Shown here piece after piece: positions 23,988 to 26,565 of a DNA stretch of 26,565 bases (positions within the stretch are counted from its first letter, which is position 1; the number at the start of each line of letters is the position of its first letter). Origin of the DNA: a virus (lineage: Duplodnaviria > Caudoviricetes); the IMG/VR virus record IMGVR_UViG_3300020043_003864, positions 1-26,565 of that record; one strand, given 5' to 3'. A program made the position numbers and the translations under genes. The notes below the pieces were generated by a model, which did no database searches, was not told the origin of the DNA, and saw nothing but the letters and a program-made list of their open reading frames with translations.

Positions 23988-24451
23988 ACGAATAAGTCCG
24001 CTCTATATTTTAACTCGGTTGAAATACTAGCCTTTTGAGCGTATTGCTCTTGTACTGTGATTAGGTTTTGTCTAAAAGCAAAATCCGTTGCAATTCTTTT
24101 AAGCATCGCAACGTGCAAGTCTTGAGGCAAAGGATTTAAAGCATTAAATCCAGCCGTATAGGTGTAATTCTGAACCTCTGTTTCGTCCGTTGTTACATCC
24201 GCCACCCAAGGGCCAATTGGATATATTCTCTCGCCTCTTTTATTATTCGTGATAACCACATTTCTTTCCACATAAAGCATTCCGCTTGCCTTCTCACTTT
24301 CAATCCTAGCCGCTGGGATTAGTTCGTTAGTAATCAAGGTATCCCAATCTGAGAAATCAATTTGCATCCAAGCCTTTGCCTCTGCCAAAGTAATTGGCTC
24401 CGTTGCTACTTGGGTACTGTATCTAATGTCGAGGGGTCTTACTACGCTCAT
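23984..24451 (-). CDS. head-tail connector/adaptor (HK97 gp6-like)
   Basis: EPITLAEAK...ID...D.LI..LI.AAR...E, Y.AG, P.DL..A.L motifs. Confidence 0.85.
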   Translation of the reverse strand: MSVVRPLDIRYSTQVATEPITLAEAKAWMQIDFSDWDTLITNELIPAARIESEKASGMLYVERNVVITNNKRGERIYPIGPWVADVTTDETEVQNYTYTAGFNALNPLPQDLHVAMLKRIATDFAFRQNLITVQEQYAQKASISTELKYRADLFV

Positions 24452-24588
24452 TTCGTTTTTATTTCTTGTTTGTCAACTTTTATCCAAACCGCTAAGCCTT
24501 TGTCTACCAAATATGTGTCGTAGGTCTTGCCAACGGTCAATATTTCGCCTTTCTGAAAGGGTGCCAGGTCAATTAATAATTTTATCAT
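24448..24588 (-). CDS. small head-associated protein (46 aa, not in ORF track)
   Basis: MIKLLIDLAPFQKGEILTVGKTYDTYLVDKGLAVWIK... resembles the small K..G..V.V....L...G.A proteins often found between capsid and adaptor genes. Stop overlaps the adaptor ATG. Confidence 0.65.
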   Translation of the reverse strand: MIKLLIDLAPFQKGEILTVGKTYDTYLVDKGLAVWIKVDKQEIKTK

Positions 24589-24599
24589 AAAGATACTAT

Positions 24600-25154
24600 T
24601 TATTTCATTAAATGTTTTTTCTCATTCCAAGGCTCGGAATCAGTCCAAGGTCGGTAACTATGGAAAACGTAAAGCGAACGGATTAAACCAATCTTTAAGC
24701 CAAGCTCTTTAACTCTCATCGAAAACAGAGAATCAAAAGCCAAGCTATTCTCCACAAACTTTATTTTTTTCCAAGTCTTGAACTGAAATGCCATAAAAAA
24801 CCCCGCAATGTATTCGTTAATTTCTTGCACCCCACCCCCCCCGTATGACATGGCAATGTTGTAATGATTTCTAATGTTTAAATCGTTACTAAAGGCTTTT
24901 CCATGCAATTGGTGTTTTGACCTTAGCCGATTCGTATAACATCCAACCAAGCCAAATTTGTCTCCATCTAATGCCAAGGCATCGTTTATTCTTTTGCCCC
25001 AATCAGGAGTCAGATACAAAATATCTCCGTCTTGCATAACTACCCAATCCTCGTCGTTTGCATTTAGGCTGGCTAAGTATTCATTGTAGGCTTTACCTAT
25101 ATTTTTATCTAAGTCAAACGGGTTTGAATAAAATATCTTTAAAGGCTTTTCCAT
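24600..25154 (-). CDS. GT-A fold glycosyltransferase-like protein
   Basis: I..AYN, WVVMQDGD (DxD), W...I, GLVG, GFFMAF, D..F, G, YVFH.Y layout. Confidence 0.7.
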   Translation of the reverse strand: MEKPLKIFYSNPFDLDKNIGKAYNEYLASLNANDEDWVVMQDGDILYLTPDWGKRINDALALDGDKFGLVGCYTNRLRSKHQLHGKAFSNDLNIRNHYNIAMSYGGGGVQEINEYIAGFFMAFQFKTWKKIKFVENSLAFDSLFSMRVKELGLKIGLIRSLYVFHSYRPWTDSEPWNEKKHLMK

Positions 25155-25780
25155 GTCCGCTCGTCGTAGTAATTAAAATTCTTATTAAAGCTTGGATACT
25201 GAAACAAACACTCGCTTTGTTTTGCGATTACCGCTGGAAACCTTTCGCTTAAATGCCTATCCATTGGCATATCTTTGATTCTAGCTTTTACTTTGTCGGT
25301 GTTAAACCAATAAAAAGAGCCTGAGTAGTGAAACTCTTGCGGAACGTATGGAGGGCAAGGCAAAAGCTTACCGCAAACGCTGGAGAATAGCTTCTCTGAG
25401 AGGTCAGGAATTGCCTTTAGATTGCCTTCGTATAAATGGGCAATCCATTTGTCTAGTCCACCCATTAAAGGCCGTGAGACGCCCTTACAATGGCTATAAA
25501 AGGTAATACCTCCACTCACTCGATTGATTGAATCCATAAAGTGTACGGCTTCGCCAAATGTCCTATTATTTTCGACAAATTCCACTTTACAATCCTTTGG
25601 CAAAAGCTCCAATATTGGCTTTGCATTGTATCCCAAATCCAAAGCAACCTTTACAACCTTTTGACCATCGAACAAATGCCAGTACTTGTTTAAATAGCTT
25701 AAATTAAGCCTGTGGTAATGTCCAATCTTTCCTGGGTAATAGATAAAGTAGATTAGATTTTTTGGAACGTGAGCGCCCAT
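25139..25780 (-). CDS. putative glycosyltransferase-like protein (YxHxKG...HYSGxFxW type)
   Basis: FYSHCKGVSR, HYSGSFYWF, R...E motifs recall a viral family loosely related to rhamnan synthesis RgpF-like proteins. The function is an inference. Confidence 0.5.
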   Translation of the reverse strand: MGAHVPKNLIYFIYYPGKIGHYHRLNLSYLNKYWHLFDGQKVVKVALDLGYNAKPILELLPKDCKVEFVENNRTFGEAVHFMDSINRVSGGITFYSHCKGVSRPLMGGLDKWIAHLYEGNLKAIPDLSEKLFSSVCGKLLPCPPYVPQEFHYSGSFYWFNTDKVKARIKDMPMDRHLSERFPAVIAKQSECLFQYPSFNKNFNYYDERTWKSL

Positions 25781-26286
25781 TGTGTTGGTGTTTTTGGCTT
25801 CTCAATTAATTTATATCCTAACGCTTTAAACATCGCAATCCATTCTTTTTCTTGCTTGATGTTTATGTGTCCCCAATCAGCGTCAAAATCTGTCGTTTCA
25901 GGAGTCGAAGAGAAAAGTATATACTTTGGATTAATTACCTTTAAAGCTTTGCCTATTTCGTCGTCGGTCATGTGTTCGGCCACTTCAATCCACAACATTA
26001 AATCGGCTTGTTTTGGCTTTTGCAATACCTTTAACTTCGGGTAATTCTCTTTGCAATAATCTCGATGCGACTTAAAAATGTCTTGGGCCGTAATCTCAAA
26101 ACCATTTTGTCTCAGTACTTCGGAGTAAACGCCAGTCCCACATCCAAAGTCTAACACGCTTTCGGGTTTAAACTTTTTGCAATAGTCGGAAACCTCTTGA
26201 GCCAAGGCTACAAAGTCGGGATTATGCATCGTTAAATTAAAATTCTCAATTTCTTTTTTTAGGAAATCGTCTTCGCTAATGTTCAT
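25753..26286 (-). CDS. class I SAM-dependent methyltransferase (small-molecule/glycan type)
   Basis: VLDFGCGTG, D, EVAEH, GHIN motifs. ATG 26286 (MNISEDDF) is preferred over 26379. Confidence 0.85.
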   Translation of the reverse strand: MNISEDDFLKKEIENFNLTMHNPDFVALAQEVSDYCKKFKPESVLDFGCGTGVYSEVLRQNGFEITAQDIFKSHRDYCKENYPKLKVLQKPKQADLMLWIEVAEHMTDDEIGKALKVINPKYILFSSTPETTDFDADWGHINIKQEKEWIAMFKALGYKLIEKPKTPTQWALTFQKI

Positions 26287-26296
26287 ATTTTGGTTT

Positions 26297-26473
26297 TTAG
26301 ATTTCGCCACAAGGCTTACAATTCTTTTTAAAATATACCTCACACGAGGTTCCGTCAGGATTGCTTGGCTCCTTATCAAAGTAAATTTGAGTCTCTCCAG
26401 GCTTTGCAGTAAAGCGCTCGCAAGTTAGTTTCAGCTTGCATCTCTGAGGCTTACACATCGTAAATGTTGCCAT
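26297..26473 (-). CDS. Cys-rich small protein (58 aa, not in ORF track), paralog of 10675..10875
   Basis: MATFTMCKPQRCKLKLTCERFTAKPGETQIYFDKEPSNPDGTSCEVYFKKNCKPCGEI. Confidence 0.75.
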   Translation of the reverse strand: MATFTMCKPQRCKLKLTCERFTAKPGETQIYFDKEPSNPDGTSCEVYFKKNCKPCGEI

Positions 26474-26519
26474 ATCTTATAATTTATTTTTAAAGTAAAT
26501 GATTTTGAACGCGTTAAAC

Positions 26520-26549
26520 AAAAAAAGGCGGGAAAAATTCCCGCCCTTT
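26520..26549 (-). terminator. intrinsic terminator, probably after the major capsid gene (off window)
   Basis: GGCGGGAA-TTT-TTCCCGCC followed by U7. Confidence 0.85.
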
Positions 26550-26565
26550 CACCATTAAACTAAAC

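Noticed and set aside
26287-26379. N-terminal extension of the methyltransferase given in the ORF track
   Set aside because: Overlaps the better-supported Cys-rich ORF 26297..26473. ATG 26286 has an A-rich leader.

Overview
The window is almost entirely a tailed dsDNA phage (Caudoviricetes, siphovirus-type gene order). The host is probably a Bacteroidota bacterium, judging by repeated TAnnTTTG (-7) promoter elements and SD-less, A/C-rich leaders. Nearly all genes are on the minus strand. Read right to left: post-capsid terminator; a Cys-rich peptide, SAM methyltransferase and two glycosyltransferase-like genes inside the head/neck operon; neck and tail genes, including a -1 frameshift tail chaperone, a short tape measure, a tail protein with an inserted propeller-like module and a tail fibre with an S74 chaperone; a lysis cassette; a 3-gene plus-strand island; early recombination genes (ERF, Gp157); a replication initiator with internal 11-bp iterons; helicase; C5 DNA methyltransferase; SSB-like protein; RusA; XRE HTH; terminase. 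Portal, protease and capsid are not in the window. The most striking unexplained element is a ~100-nt structured leader RNA (6384-6501) directly before the replication initiator. It has two hairpins with complementary 7-nt loops, one hairpin is an intrinsic terminator, and a 33-aa leader ORF stops on the initiator start codon. The second is the candidate virion glycosylation/methylation cluster (24600-26286). All protein calls come from motif recognition by eye, not database searches.
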